DNA from: a virus
Length of the DNA stretch: 64,000 nt
IMG/VR virus record: IMGVR_UViG_3300037502_002506
Location: 2,324 to 66,323 of that record
Strand: one strand, 5' to 3'
Below, in pieces: positions 46,797 to 56,760 of the stretch; the first letter of the stretch is position 1, and each line of letters begins with the position of its first letter. The position numbers were made by a program, and so were the translations under genes. Under the pieces are notes generated by a model, which made no database searches, had not been told where the DNA came from, and was given only the letters and a program-made list of their open reading frames with translations.

Positions 46797-47390
46797 CTAC
46801 TTAATAGTTTGTCCACATTCTGGACATGTTTTAGGCTTCTTAGCAGTCTTATTAGGCTTTGAAGATTCATCAGATTTCTTTACTGCTGCCCCGCCAAACT
46901 TGGGACGACCAAAACCTACGATAGATATCATTATATTCTTTTTATTTTTTTTATAGGCACGGAGTTGCTTACAAACCTCTCCACCATTTCTCTGACTGCC
47001 CTTTTTATTGCTTGAAGTATTGCCCTCAATGCACCAAACAGTACCATCGCCATTATCTTCAATAACAATACCTACGTGAGAAATTCTATCGACACCGTCT
47101 GATGGGAAATCAAAATAGGCGATATCTCCTGGTTCTGGATCTGCTAAGTCTCCATCAATCCATGAGCCTGCTTTCTTAAATGCAGCAGCACCACTTGGAG
47201 TATAAACGGTATTGGGAACCTTTACGCCTGCCTCATTTGCACACCACATAACAAATGAACCACACCATGGTTGAAAATTGGCCTTAGCAAATTTACCATA
47301 TTTAGTTTCATTATCTTTCGGACCTTCAATAGTTCCAACTTCACCCTTGGCTACTTCAATTAATTTTTCTGCTGTTCCCATTTCTGCCAT
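46797..47390 (-). CDS. CHAP-domain endolysin/peptidoglycan hydrolase
   Basis: QPWCGSFV, PGDIAYF, SHVGIV, IEGNT. Confidence 0.85.
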   Translation of the reverse strand: MAEMGTAEKLIEVAKGEVGTIEGPKDNETKYGKFAKANFQPWCGSFVMWCANEAGVKVPNTVYTPSGAAAFKKAGSWIDGDLADPEPGDIAYFDFPSDGVDRISHVGIVIEDNGDGTVWCIEGNTSSNKKGSQRNGGEVCKQLRAYKKNKKNIMISIVGFGRPKFGGAAVKKSDESSKPNKTAKKPKTCPECGQTIK

Positions 47391-47392
47391 GA

Positions 47393-47806
47393 TTAATCCT
47401 TATCCCAATCAGTATCTACTGGCTGCTCTTCTGGCATAGCACCATCTGGTTTTTTAGCAAGTCTTGCTCTAACTTCATCAAGTTCTGCATCAAGTTTATC
47501 TTCTGCCATTCTAATTTCTGAGTCTACTTTTTTATTATCCACTTGTGCTTGCATAATATCTTTTGCTCCACTTTGCCCAATCAATAAACCAGCAAGTGTT
47601 CCTGTGATAAATGTCGCTACTGATCCCAACACATTGAAGAACATCTTGTCGTTTTCTGACTGTGCTCCAATTGGTTGGGTTACAAATATAAGAGCGTACA
47701 AAATTCCTAACGATGTCGCTAATAAAATTGTTCCAAGCGTTATGCCAAGAATAAACTTAAGTCGTGCGTCAAGATCCTGCGGTGTTAATCTTTCTTTTTT
47801 ACTCAT
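47393..47806 (-). CDS. Two-TM membrane protein (lysis-associated)
   Basis: Two hydrophobic helices next to endolysin. Confidence 0.6.
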   Translation of the reverse strand: MSKKERLTPQDLDARLKFILGITLGTILLATSLGILYALIFVTQPIGAQSENDKMFFNVLGSVATFITGTLAGLLIGQSGAKDIMQAQVDNKKVDSEIRMAEDKLDAELDEVRARLAKKPDGAMPEEQPVDTDWDKD

Positions 47807-47984
47807 CCTGTTTTCCTATCAAGTCTTTTGTACAAGTTCCTGTAGCCTCACATATAGGTGGGTTACACTCCGCCTTTTCCCAGTTTGCTGGATCCTGGCA
47901 AGGATAGCGATAGTGACCGTCATACCCGCAGCCACCAAGGCCTAATACAAGTATACACGATAATAAAATATGAGGAATCTTCAT
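47799..47984 (-). CDS. Small Cys-rich lipoprotein
   Basis: LGLGGC lipobox-like; YRYPCQDPANW. Confidence 0.6.
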   Translation of the reverse strand: MKIPHILLSCILVLGLGGCGYDGHYRYPCQDPANWEKAECNPPICEATGTCTKDLIGKQDE

Positions 47985-48001
47985 ATCTGTATTATACCAA
48001 G

Positions 48002-48211
48002 TTATTCTTTCTCTTCACGAAGCGGGATGGTGATAAGCCATAGGGCTATTGATATTAATGTGGCTACCCCCACTACCTGCTGGGCGGTACCTGTAAGGGT
48101 AAGCCAGGCGATAAAGAAGCCAAGGATGGTAAATACTTGGGCTATGCTCTCAATAATAGCAGCCTTAAACCACTTAAAGAGTCCTTTGACTACCTTCTTA
48201 ATCATGTTCAT
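48002..48211 (-). CDS. Small two-TM protein (holin-like)
   Basis: Two hydrophobic helices. Confidence 0.55.
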   Translation of the reverse strand: MNMIKKVVKGLFKWFKAAIIESIAQVFTILGFFIAWLTLTGTAQQVVGVATLISIALWLITIPLREEKE

Positions 48212-48212
48212 A

Positions 48213-49838
48213 TTATAACCTCCTTAGTGACATAACTGAACTAACAATATTTCCTACCAAAATAACAGGTATAACTACCTCTTGAACCTTTTCTCTTTGA
48301 TCATCTGTCATATCTTTACCCCACTCTGATGGGTTTAAAACCTTAGATAAATCTATATCAGTCAATGCTGCTATTGGATTTTCTAAAAACTTGTCTGCTT
48401 GTATTTCTGTTACAGCATCTGCTAATGTATAAGGCATAGGAGCGTCTGCATTTTCTTGTGCCCTTTCAGCAAACTCAACAACGGCTGCTGCTACAGCAGG
48501 ATTTTCTTTTGCTACTTCTGCAATAAGGGCAACTTCTTCTGCCTTAATGCCAAGATCTTCTGCCAACTCTTTCTTTGCCTCTGGATTTAATTCAGTCAAA
48601 AAGTTTGATACTGCTGACATTAATTTAGCATCATTAACGCTAATTAGTTTGTTTAACTTTTTAAGTTCTTCGTCAGAAATAGGGCTACCATCTGTGTTAT
48701 CCTTATCTGGTGTTACTACAGGATCTTCATCAACAGGTTGCTCAGGTTCAGGCTCTGGGGTTGGATTTGTATCCGTTGGCTGAGGTGAAGGCTCTTCTAA
48801 AGGCTCTGGAGTTGGATCCGTCTCTTCGTTCTCCTTATCTGTGGTATCAGGGCTTGGAGTTGGATTGGGATCTTCTGGTTCAGTTTGCTCATCATCTGGC
48901 CAACGAGGATCCTCTGGAGTAACTATCTCTGGATCAACCTCAACATCAGGTTCAGGCAAATCTGGTTCTTCTGTAGAGTCAGGTGTTGGTGTAGGATCTG
49001 GCTCTGGGGTAACTTCTTCTACTGGCTCGTCACCATTAATAGAAGCAATAAGATTATTTAAGTCTGATATTTCATTAGCGAGTTGCGCTGCCTCTGCTAC
49101 CTGCTCCTGCTGTTCTTCAGGCGTTATAGGGGCTTCTGTGGGCGTTGGAGAAGGTTCTGGAGATGGTTGTTGGGTAGGAGTAGGAGAAGGTTCTGGGATA
49201 GGCTCTGCAGCAAGTGTAGGGGCTGGATCAGAGGCTGATACCTGCGTAGCACCCCATTGCTCAAGAGACACGATAGAGCCATCATGCAATCGAACGCCTG
49301 TTCTAAGATTTTGATATTCTGGACCTTGATAACTATAGGACACTGCTATACCACCAGTATTAGTAATAGCCACTAATATATTTACTGTGCTTGGTTGTGC
49401 CCCATAGTTACCGAATGGAACCATGTTTAGGTTAATTTGAAATCCACCCTCTGAATAATATATATCCAAACCAGATGTACCGCTTGCTCCTGGAAACCAG
49501 TCCATTGAGTATAAGGAGATAGATGGCGTATTAGGATATGCCCAGTATGTGGGATCAGGTTGTCCAAATGTAATTACTGAATTAGTTGTAGCGTAAATGT
49601 TTTCATACTGTACCCCGTCAAAAGTCACGGTAGTTGCAATTGGTATTTGATAAGATATGTCGTCACCTGAACAAGTATCCATATGATTTACTGTAGGTTG
49701 TTCATCACCATTATATGCTGCTGCGATGGTTTGCGATTGAATATAGTTTACACAAGTAGCGTTAGCGTTTTCTGGAAGCCATAGGTTGAACCCAAAAGCC
49801 AATAAAGATGCTGTCAGTATTCGGGTTAATTTTTTAAT
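48213..49838 (-). CDS. Secreted Pro/Glu/Thr-rich surface protein with C-terminal anchor
   Basis: Signal peptide, beta-rich N-domain, PEPSPTPT repeats, C-terminal helix; ATT start inferred. Confidence 0.7.
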   Translation of the reverse strand: MKKLTRILTASLLAFGFNLWLPENANATCVNYIQSQTIAAAYNGDEQPTVNHMDTCSGDDISYQIPIATTVTFDGVQYENIYATTNSVITFGQPDPTYWAYPNTPSISLYSMDWFPGASGTSGLDIYYSEGGFQINLNMVPFGNYGAQPSTVNILVAITNTGGIAVSYSYQGPEYQNLRTGVRLHDGSIVSLEQWGATQVSASDPAPTLAAEPIPEPSPTPTQQPSPEPSPTPTEAPITPEEQQEQVAEAAQLANEISDLNNLIASINGDEPVEEVTPEPDPTPTPDSTEEPDLPEPDVEVDPEIVTPEDPRWPDDEQTEPEDPNPTPSPDTTDKENEETDPTPEPLEEPSPQPTDTNPTPEPEPEQPVDEDPVVTPDKDNTDGSPISDEELKKLNKLISVNDAKLMSAVSNFLTELNPEAKKELAEDLGIKAEEVALIAEVAKENPAVAAAVVEFAERAQENADAPMPYTLADAVTEIQADKFLENPIAALTDIDLSKVLNPSEWGKDMTDDQREKVQEVVIPVILVGNIVSSVMSLRRL

Positions 49839-49895
49839 AGTCCTTTCTTCCTCCAGATTAAATACAGGACTATTATAACATTTTATTTGAAATAA

Positions 49896-49926
49896 AAGAA
49901 AAAGGGAGCCAGTTTCCTGACTCCCC
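49896..49926 (-). terminator. Intrinsic terminator
   Basis: GGGAGTCAG-GAAA-CTGGCTCCC then TTTTTCTTTT. Confidence 0.8.
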
Positions 49927-49944
49927 AATCTATTAATTTGTTAA

Positions 49945-51093
49945 TTACTTAACAAGTGTAACTTTTGCAGAAGGGTTCTTCTTGTTCCACTTCTTAGCAA
50001 GATCATTGAATGCCTTCTTCATTGCAGCGATTGCAGCAGCATTATCTGCCTTAACCTTTGCAAGTTCAGCAGCATGTGCAGCAGTTGCATCAGCAAGAGC
50101 CTTATCTGCAGTAACCTTAGCGGTTACGGCATCAGCCTTCAACTTAGCAATTTCAGCAGCAGCAGTAATAGCAGCAGCATCGGCAGCAGCCTTTGCAGCA
50201 ACTGCATCAGAGGCAGCCTTTGCTACAGCAGCAGCAAGAGCAGCATCTGCAGTTACCTTATCAGCAGCACGAGCAGCCTTTTCTGCAGCGAGTGCAGCAT
50301 TAGCAGTAGCAAGTGCTCCAGCAAGATCAGATACTGTTACGATTGCAGTCTGAGAAGTTGTTGCCAACTTAATTGTTGGAACAGATGTTGGTGCAGTAAT
50401 AGATGCTCCAACGGCAACGGTTCCAGCAGTTGCAGGAAGTGAGATCTCTGATGTGTAACGACCTGTTACAAGAGCATCAGCAGTTACTGTTCCAGCAGTT
50501 GCGCCACCGAGAGTAGTAACAGTTACTGTATCAGCAACAGCGTTGCCGAAAATATCTGCTACATCAAGAGTTGCAGTTACCTTGCCAGAAATATTTCCTG
50601 AAGCAGGGATTGACATCTTAAGATCGTATGCAGGACCTGCAACACCCTTAAGATAGATTGTTGTTGCTGCACCAGTTACAGAAACTGTAACAGCAGAAGC
50701 AGCAGTACTTGTTGTGTATGCATAAACAGTCGCTGTTGTTGAAGCAGGTGTGACTGTGATTGATGAGGATCCAGCAGATGCATTAACTGTTGAACCAATT
50801 GCAGATACGAGGCGTGTGTTCGCACCAACTGCAGTAAATGTTACTGGTGTTCCAGCAACGACAGTAGCAGTGATTAGAAGTGCTTCGTTGTTAGTAGCAG
50901 TTGAGGTATCTGCAACGCTTACTACGTTGTCAGATGGAACCTTAACTAGAAATGGTGAGGCTGCAGTACCTGCGCCAGAAACTTCAGTGGTTACGTCTAC
51001 TGAAACGGTATTGGCACTTGCAGGTGTCACTACGAGTGTGCCCAGTGTCATGGCTGCAACCACGGCAAGAGCGATCTTCTTAAATGAATTCAT
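49945..51093 (-). CDS. Secreted Ala/Thr-rich Ig-like surface protein with coiled coil
   Basis: MNSFKKIALAVVAA signal peptide; AAAKAAAD repeats. Confidence 0.7.
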   Translation of the reverse strand: MNSFKKIALAVVAAMTLGTLVVTPASANTVSVDVTTEVSGAGTAASPFLVKVPSDNVVSVADTSTATNNEALLITATVVAGTPVTFTAVGANTRLVSAIGSTVNASAGSSSITVTPASTTATVYAYTTSTAASAVTVSVTGAATTIYLKGVAGPAYDLKMSIPASGNISGKVTATLDVADIFGNAVADTVTVTTLGGATAGTVTADALVTGRYTSEISLPATAGTVAVGASITAPTSVPTIKLATTSQTAIVTVSDLAGALATANAALAAEKAARAADKVTADAALAAAVAKAASDAVAAKAAADAAAITAAAEIAKLKADAVTAKVTADKALADATAAHAAELAKVKADNAAAIAAMKKAFNDLAKKWNKKNPSAKVTLVK

Positions 51094-51120
51094 TTTTCTC
51101 CTTTTATTATTCATTTTGGT

Positions 51121-52905
51121 TTATATTGTTTTTAGTCTATCCAAATAGTCTTTTATATCTTCTATTTGACTAGGTTTATATTGTATCACGTTCTCAGGGA
51201 GCGTGTCAACTCTACGAGGCTGTCCACGAAAAGTGTGAATGTCTACTTCAAGGTTTTGATCCCTTGGAGTATATGATATCGCACCAAAGATGGAACCGCA
51301 AACTGCGTCTGCAAGGTCCTTAGATTTCTTTCGTGGATGGTCTACTTTATCATTTTTCATAATCTTAAGTTCTGTTAATTCTTCAAATAGTAATTCAATG
51401 GCAGGCATGGCAAGCCTTTCTTCGTATATAAGCATAGCCATATCTTCATAATGTTTCTTTGCTACAGATACCGTCTCTGTTCTTATGCCTACCGCCTGTA
51501 GTTCATTTTGAATATCAAATGATTGCCAACGGTCAAATGTAACAAGTCCTATATTAAACCCAAGTCTGCGTAGATTTTGTATCCACTGTTTTACTTCAGA
51601 TAAATTGACTGGTCCTTCTACCTTCGGCTCCCACCATGCCACCGCATCGACAACCACTACTGGCGATATCTGTTCATAATCTTTTATTACCTGCACATTA
51701 ACCCACTTCTCAACATGTGAGATTGCTACCGCACATTTATCATGCTTTTGTGCAAGGTCAGCATGAACATAATAAATTTTGTCTGGATCTGGTTTAAAGT
51801 TTTCTTCAAATCTTCTGAATTGGTCAAGTGGATTTCTTATTGTCATACAAGAACGAACCTTGTCTGCCTGCTTAAAAAATGCATCTGATGCATATGTAGG
51901 AACACAAGCAAAGCGCATCATTGCATCTCCTAGGTCTGTCATGAAAGCAATCTTAAAATCATCTACTTTTCTAGTAGGATTTACTTCCCATGTAGGTCTT
52001 TTAAGGGCAAAAACTCCAGGATATTTATATGACTTAATATGATCTTCGTCCCAGGCTATATCAAACCAGTTATCCTTGTCATCTTCTGGTAATAGTGGGT
52101 TAATTATAAATCTATGTGTTCTTGATATTATTTCTTTATCAGCAATTACTGCTTCATACCGCTCAGAAATGAAGTCTCCGTTATAACGGGGGAATGAAAG
52201 AAGAACTACTTTTCCAAGATCAGGGAAACGAGAATCCACTGACCCACGGAATGCTTTATAAATATTATCGGCAGTTTTACCTTGTTCATTTCCTGTTGCA
52301 ACCTCAGATGCAAAACCAGAAATCTCATCAAGAACTGCAAGCAAAAGATTTAGACCCTCATGTGATTCTCTTTCTGAATGTCCAGAGTAGACAGTAATTG
52401 ATTTATCAAAGCCTATTGAGTCTACCTTTGCTTCATATTTACCAGCAAACCAAGGAGACTTTTCGATCTTAGTCTTAAAACCTTTAAAGAAAACATTCTT
52501 TGCTTGTTGTGCGTTAATAGCCACATTGATTAGGTCTATTGCATCTCCACTTGGTTTTCCGAAATATCTTGCAGGGTCTTTAAGACATAATAACTTATAG
52601 ACAATATAAGCACAAGCAACAGTAGAGGTGAAGTCCTTCCCACTACCCTTCCCAAGTTGTAAAATGATTTCGTTTTTTGTGTATTTTTCATAATATCTTG
52701 CTCCTTCCTCTTCTCCCATAATGTTTTGTAAATCTTCTTTGCGATATATCTGACTCATTGCCTGGACTATATCGTATTGAATATCTGATAATCCTGGTTG
52801 TCCTAAATAATCTGGAGACTCAACAAATGTCTTTGCATCTACTGGAGTTTCTTCAAAATGGTTATCGGCAAGTGCCTCAAGAAAATCATTGAACATCGTG
52901 GACAA
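51121..52905 (-). CDS. terL: Terminase large subunit
   Basis: GKGSGKD Walker A, AVLDE Walker B, HADLA, DRWQS, KDLADAV. Confidence 0.88.
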   Translation of the reverse strand: MSTMFNDFLEALADNHFEETPVDAKTFVESPDYLGQPGLSDIQYDIVQAMSQIYRKEDLQNIMGEEEGARYYEKYTKNEIILQLGKGSGKDFTSTVACAYIVYKLLCLKDPARYFGKPSGDAIDLINVAINAQQAKNVFFKGFKTKIEKSPWFAGKYEAKVDSIGFDKSITVYSGHSERESHEGLNLLLAVLDEISGFASEVATGNEQGKTADNIYKAFRGSVDSRFPDLGKVVLLSFPRYNGDFISERYEAVIADKEIISRTHRFIINPLLPEDDKDNWFDIAWDEDHIKSYKYPGVFALKRPTWEVNPTRKVDDFKIAFMTDLGDAMMRFACVPTYASDAFFKQADKVRSCMTIRNPLDQFRRFEENFKPDPDKIYYVHADLAQKHDKCAVAISHVEKWVNVQVIKDYEQISPVVVVDAVAWWEPKVEGPVNLSEVKQWIQNLRRLGFNIGLVTFDRWQSFDIQNELQAVGIRTETVSVAKKHYEDMAMLIYEERLAMPAIELLFEELTELKIMKNDKVDHPRKKSKDLADAVCGSIFGAISYTPRDQNLEVDIHTFRGQPRRVDTLPENVIQYKPSQIEDIKDYLDRLKTI

Positions 52906-53422
52906 TTGTAATCACTTCATCTTTTTTAGCAATATCAGAAAGCCTACGCATGATCTCATCACGTATTTGTGGATATTCAGAAGCAATATCACGAAGAATT
53001 CCCATAAGTATTTCTTGCTTCTTTTCTATCTGCAACATTTCTTCTGCTAACTCTTTATTTTCTAATAGACCTGCTTTTTGAAGCATATCAATTCTTTTAG
53101 ACTCAATATCCATAACAAGTTTTATGGCTTGTGTCTTAGCGCCTAAATTATTAGTCAGGCTGGCTTCATCTATAACTTCGTATGATTTTGCAATTAATTT
53201 GTTATAGTGAGTATCAGCAATAGCAAGTGCTTCTTTTGCACGAGCACGAATAGCATCATTAGCAGATGCCATAACTTTCCATTCATTAATATGCTGAACT
53301 ACACGATTTCTTGGAATTGCCAAATCTTTAGATATTTTGGTAGCATCATTACCCTTTAGATATTCTCCTACTACTGTATTAAGTTCATCAAGATGCTTGA
53401 CTAAATCTTCTTCAGTTGACAT
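52886..53422 (-). CDS. HTH protein, probable terminase small subunit
   Basis: N-terminal HTH-like, helical; directly upstream of terL. Confidence 0.5.
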   Translation of the reverse strand: MSTEEDLVKHLDELNTVVGEYLKGNDATKISKDLAIPRNRVVQHINEWKVMASANDAIRARAKEALAIADTHYNKLIAKSYEVIDEASLTNNLGAKTQAIKLVMDIESKRIDMLQKAGLLENKELAEEMLQIEKKQEILMGILRDIASEYPQIRDEIMRRLSDIAKKDEVITIVHDVQ

Positions 53423-54380
53423 GATTCTCTTTCATATAAAAATCATACACTTCTGTTGACCAAAAGGAATGATATGCGGTTCCATAATGTATTTTATCCC
53501 TTGCAACCAAATAAAACTTATCTTCTTTATTTTTCATATGATAATTCTGTATCCAGTCTGGTGAAGGCCATGTAGTCTTATAAATTGAATCTAGTTCTAC
53601 TGCATTGCTATTTAAAAAATTTGCCATTGGAGGGGACCAGGAAAATATAAATAATTGTATGTTATTCATTTTACAAAATGTTTCTAGCATTAATAAATAT
53701 TGATATATATATATAAATTTTTCATAAACAATTGCTGAGTCAATTGTGTTTTGAAAGGGCATAACAGAATGAAAATATTTATCTTTAAAATATTCAAAGT
53801 TTTCCATTTTGTTCAAAGATATTTTATCTTTCCATTCTGTTTCTGTTGAAACTATGTTTTCTATTACAGTATAAAATCTACAAACATCTGGCAAGTTTAA
53901 AAAAATTACATCTGGTTTAGAATAATTATTTATGTATCTGAAAATATCTGTTACAATCTGAAAAGTACTAATTGCTGGCATACTGATATTATAATAACCC
54001 GAAACTTTTTCTTTTTCTTTTATTTTATTATAAACTAAATAGGGCCATATTTCTTTAGAATAAAGACCTGTCCCATAGGTTACAGAGCATCCAGCAAATA
54101 ATATATGTTTTCCATCATGCTCTTTTTTAAATTCATCAGATCTAAAATTTTGAGAATTCAAAGTCAGGGTATCAGGTTCATCAATATAATTAATAATCCA
54201 TGGTTCATAATTCATATCGTCAGTGTCTAATTGATCAAATACAAAGGCATGATTCCTACTCGAAATAGATTTTAATTCTTTACCAAAAGCATTTAAAATT
54301 TTTACACGAGAAGAAACATTAAGATTCATACATCCAGCATAATTTGTTAAAAAAGTGTTTAGATTTTTTTTGTATGACAT
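53412..54380 (-). CDS. SGNH-hydrolase-like protein
   Basis: GCSVTYG...DKIHYG; paralog of next gene. Confidence 0.5.
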   Translation of the reverse strand: MSYKKNLNTFLTNYAGCMNLNVSSRVKILNAFGKELKSISSRNHAFVFDQLDTDDMNYEPWIINYIDEPDTLTLNSQNFRSDEFKKEHDGKHILFAGCSVTYGTGLYSKEIWPYLVYNKIKEKEKVSGYYNISMPAISTFQIVTDIFRYINNYSKPDVIFLNLPDVCRFYTVIENIVSTETEWKDKISLNKMENFEYFKDKYFHSVMPFQNTIDSAIVYEKFIYIYQYLLMLETFCKMNNIQLFIFSWSPPMANFLNSNAVELDSIYKTTWPSPDWIQNYHMKNKEDKFYLVARDKIHYGTAYHSFWSTEVYDFYMKENHVN

Positions 54381-54382
54381 AA

Positions 54383-55414
54383 TTATTGATTATGATCCTT
54401 TTTATACCAAGAATATGCTAATTCAGCCCAAGCATACTGATATGCAGTCCCCTCATGTATGCCATCTCTTGCGTTGATTGTAAAATTATCATTTTTATTT
54501 AACAATATGTACTCAGCCATTAAATCCTGAGTTAATTTTATATCATCTTTAGTCCTAGAAATGTTTTTAAATGAATCCAAGTCTGTTTGATCTAAAAACC
54601 AATTTGTGCTTAAGTTATGAGAGAATATATATAATTCTATATTATTTGCTTTACAAAATGTTTCTAGCATCATTAAATATTGATACACATATATAAATCT
54701 TTCAGCATGTATTAAGTGTTGCGTTTCTGGAGGCTTTCGTTCCCCTGCCCATACAGGTCTTGCTGCTATGTTATCATCTTCTGCATTTAGCGGAACTGTA
54801 TGATGCCAACTAGGAAATGTTTTTAAAAAATTAAATTCTTTTGGAAAATGAAGAACACGATCTTTGTAAATAGGCATTGAGTAAAATCTTGATAAATTGG
54901 GTAAATTTATAAATATTGTATCTGGCTTTGAATAAGTATCAATATATTTAAAGATATCCGCAACAATTTCAAAAGTTCCTATTCCCGTAATTGCTAAATT
55001 ATAATAACCAGAAACTTTTTCTTTTTCTTTTATTTTATTATAAACTATCCATGGCCAAATTTCATTATTGTAAAGTCCAACACCATAAGAATTTGAACAT
55101 CCAGAAAACAATATGTGCTTTCCTTCATGTTCTTTTTTAAATTCATCAGATCTAAATAAAAGTGAATTAACCTGAAGGGGGTCTGGAGAATCTACATAAT
55201 CTAAAATCCATGGTTGGTGTTCTGCTAGGTGCTCCAAAGTTTGATATGTTAGTCTATTTTGAGAAACGCTTCTAATCTCATCTATGCTTTTATTAAATGA
55301 AAATACTAGTTCTGGAAAAGAAAATCCTACTAAATTTTTATTGAGTGGATTTTCTACTCTTTCTCCGATGTTTACATCTACTTCAGGGATATTGTGATAT
55401 TTTAAGGTTTTCAT
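54383..55414 (-). CDS. SGNH-hydrolase-like protein
   Basis: GCSNSYG...DGIHEG. Confidence 0.5.
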   Translation of the reverse strand: MKTLKYHNIPEVDVNIGERVENPLNKNLVGFSFPELVFSFNKSIDEIRSVSQNRLTYQTLEHLAEHQPWILDYVDSPDPLQVNSLLFRSDEFKKEHEGKHILFSGCSNSYGVGLYNNEIWPWIVYNKIKEKEKVSGYYNLAITGIGTFEIVADIFKYIDTYSKPDTIFINLPNLSRFYSMPIYKDRVLHFPKEFNFLKTFPSWHHTVPLNAEDDNIAARPVWAGERKPPETQHLIHAERFIYVYQYLMMLETFCKANNIELYIFSHNLSTNWFLDQTDLDSFKNISRTKDDIKLTQDLMAEYILLNKNDNFTINARDGIHEGTAYQYAWAELAYSWYKKDHNQ

Positions 55415-55426
55415 AATATTATTATA

Positions 55427-55762
55427 TCACTCCCCGTTTTTTGCTTTTGCTATTTTTAATAATACTAAATATCCTATTAAGTCATCAATGTCGTTATCAC
55501 CTGGGTAATCTGTACCCTTCATAAGCCTATTTAATTTATCATCAATACGGACATGGAGTTGCTCTCTTGGTCCCGCCTTTGAAAATATACGGACAGGATC
55601 TAGGGCTGAATTGCCGTAAGCGATATTTTTCTTAACAAGCATATGTGCAATTTCATGGCAGGTAGACAAAATTTCTTTACCTGCTTCTGTACCTACTGTC
55701 AATAAGGATAAGTCATCGCATTCAAAATGATCTCTATCTGGAAATACTGGTTCTAAACTCAT
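55427..55762 (-). CDS. DUF1599-like nucleotide-modification-associated protein
   Basis: KKNIAYG, RIDDKLNR, DLIGY. Confidence 0.7.
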   Translation of the reverse strand: MSLEPVFPDRDHFECDDLSLLTVGTEAGKEILSTCHEIAHMLVKKNIAYGNSALDPVRIFSKAGPREQLHVRIDDKLNRLMKGTDYPGDNDIDDLIGYLVLLKIAKAKNGE

Positions 55763-55914
55763 CTTTTTGACTTCCTTAATCCAAATTTAGCAAGATATAC
55801 ATATATGGTTTCCACGCTTGCACCACACTCCTTTGCTATCTCTTGAGGAGTCTTCTTGTCTATAAAATATCTTTTACGAAGCCAAGACTCGTTAGTATAT
55901 AGTTTAGCAGCCAT
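55759..55914 (-). CDS. Small HTH protein (51 aa)
   Basis: WLRKRY...TPQEIAKECGASVETIYVYL. Confidence 0.7.
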   Translation of the reverse strand: MAAKLYTNESWLRKRYFIDKKTPQEIAKECGASVETIYVYLAKFGLRKSKR

Positions 55915-55916
55915 GA

Positions 55917-56489
55917 CTACTCCTTGTCAACCCCAATAGCCTTGTTCCAATTATTTATAGACCAATGCCCTATTCCACAGGCATCAGCAACATCATTATC
56001 ATCAATTTTTTTATTATAAATAATATCCAATAACTTTATTGTTCTTTGTTTACGAAAATCTCTTTCATATGATTTATACCATGACTCTGATTTACCTGGA
56101 TTAGAAGATCTTATCTTAAACTGTTCTTCTTTGGTTAATCTTTTATTTCCTAAATAATTTTGCCAAGTTATCGGAGATACCTTGCCTATTATTTTAATCC
56201 CTGCCAAGCCTGCTCCTCCTAAAATACCACCTTGAATTAAAGCAAGGTCTGCTGCAGTTTTTGGGGAATTCATAAATACAGTATGTTCAATAACAATAGC
56301 ATCTATCAAATTATAATAATCAAATAATGCCTTAGATTTTTTACAAGCATCAGTTATTTTTTCATATATGTCATTACCTTCAAATGTAATTTTGCCATAT
56401 CGATCTAAATTTTTATTTGAGTAAATAGCAAATGCAATATTGTTAGTGCTGGCATCAATAGAACATATTGTTTTGGGCAAATTATTCAT
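55917..56489 (-). CDS. RuvC-like Holliday junction resolvase
   Basis: SIDAS, IVIE, DVADA. Confidence 0.75.
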   Translation of the reverse strand: MNNLPKTICSIDASTNNIAFAIYSNKNLDRYGKITFEGNDIYEKITDACKKSKALFDYYNLIDAIVIEHTVFMNSPKTAADLALIQGGILGGAGLAGIKIIGKVSPITWQNYLGNKRLTKEEQFKIRSSNPGKSESWYKSYERDFRKQRTIKLLDIIYNKKIDDNDVADACGIGHWSINNWNKAIGVDKE

Positions 56490-56760
56490 TGAGTAGCCTT
56501 TTTATTTGCTTTAGTGTTTTATTAACTTCAGAAGGATTGATTAAGCAGTTATTGCACAAAGGCTCATCGTTATAAATTGATAAACTTGTTTTGCACATTT
56601 TGCAAATCCTAACCTTTCCTTTTCTTTTTTGTCTTCGTTGAAGAATATATCTTTGTGCTATTTTTTCTTTTGTTGCTTCAGTTCTACATATTTCTGAACA
56701 ATATATTTGATAAGAAACACTTGCGCTAAATAATTTATCGCACCAGTTACAGTTCTTCAT
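56482..56760 (-). CDS. Zn-finger protein
   Basis: Four Cys pairs. Confidence 0.65.
   Translation of the reverse strand: MKNCNWCDKLFSASVSYQIYCSEICRTEATKEKIAQRYILQRRQKRKGKVRICKMCKTSLSIYNDEPLCNNCLINPSEVNKTLKQIKRLLNE

Noticed and set aside
48547-51148. Long + strand ORFs opposite the surface proteins
   Set aside because: Antisense shadows of Ala/Pro-rich low-complexity genes; no SD or promoter. The same applies to 1911..2171, 23492..23951 and 61695..62198.
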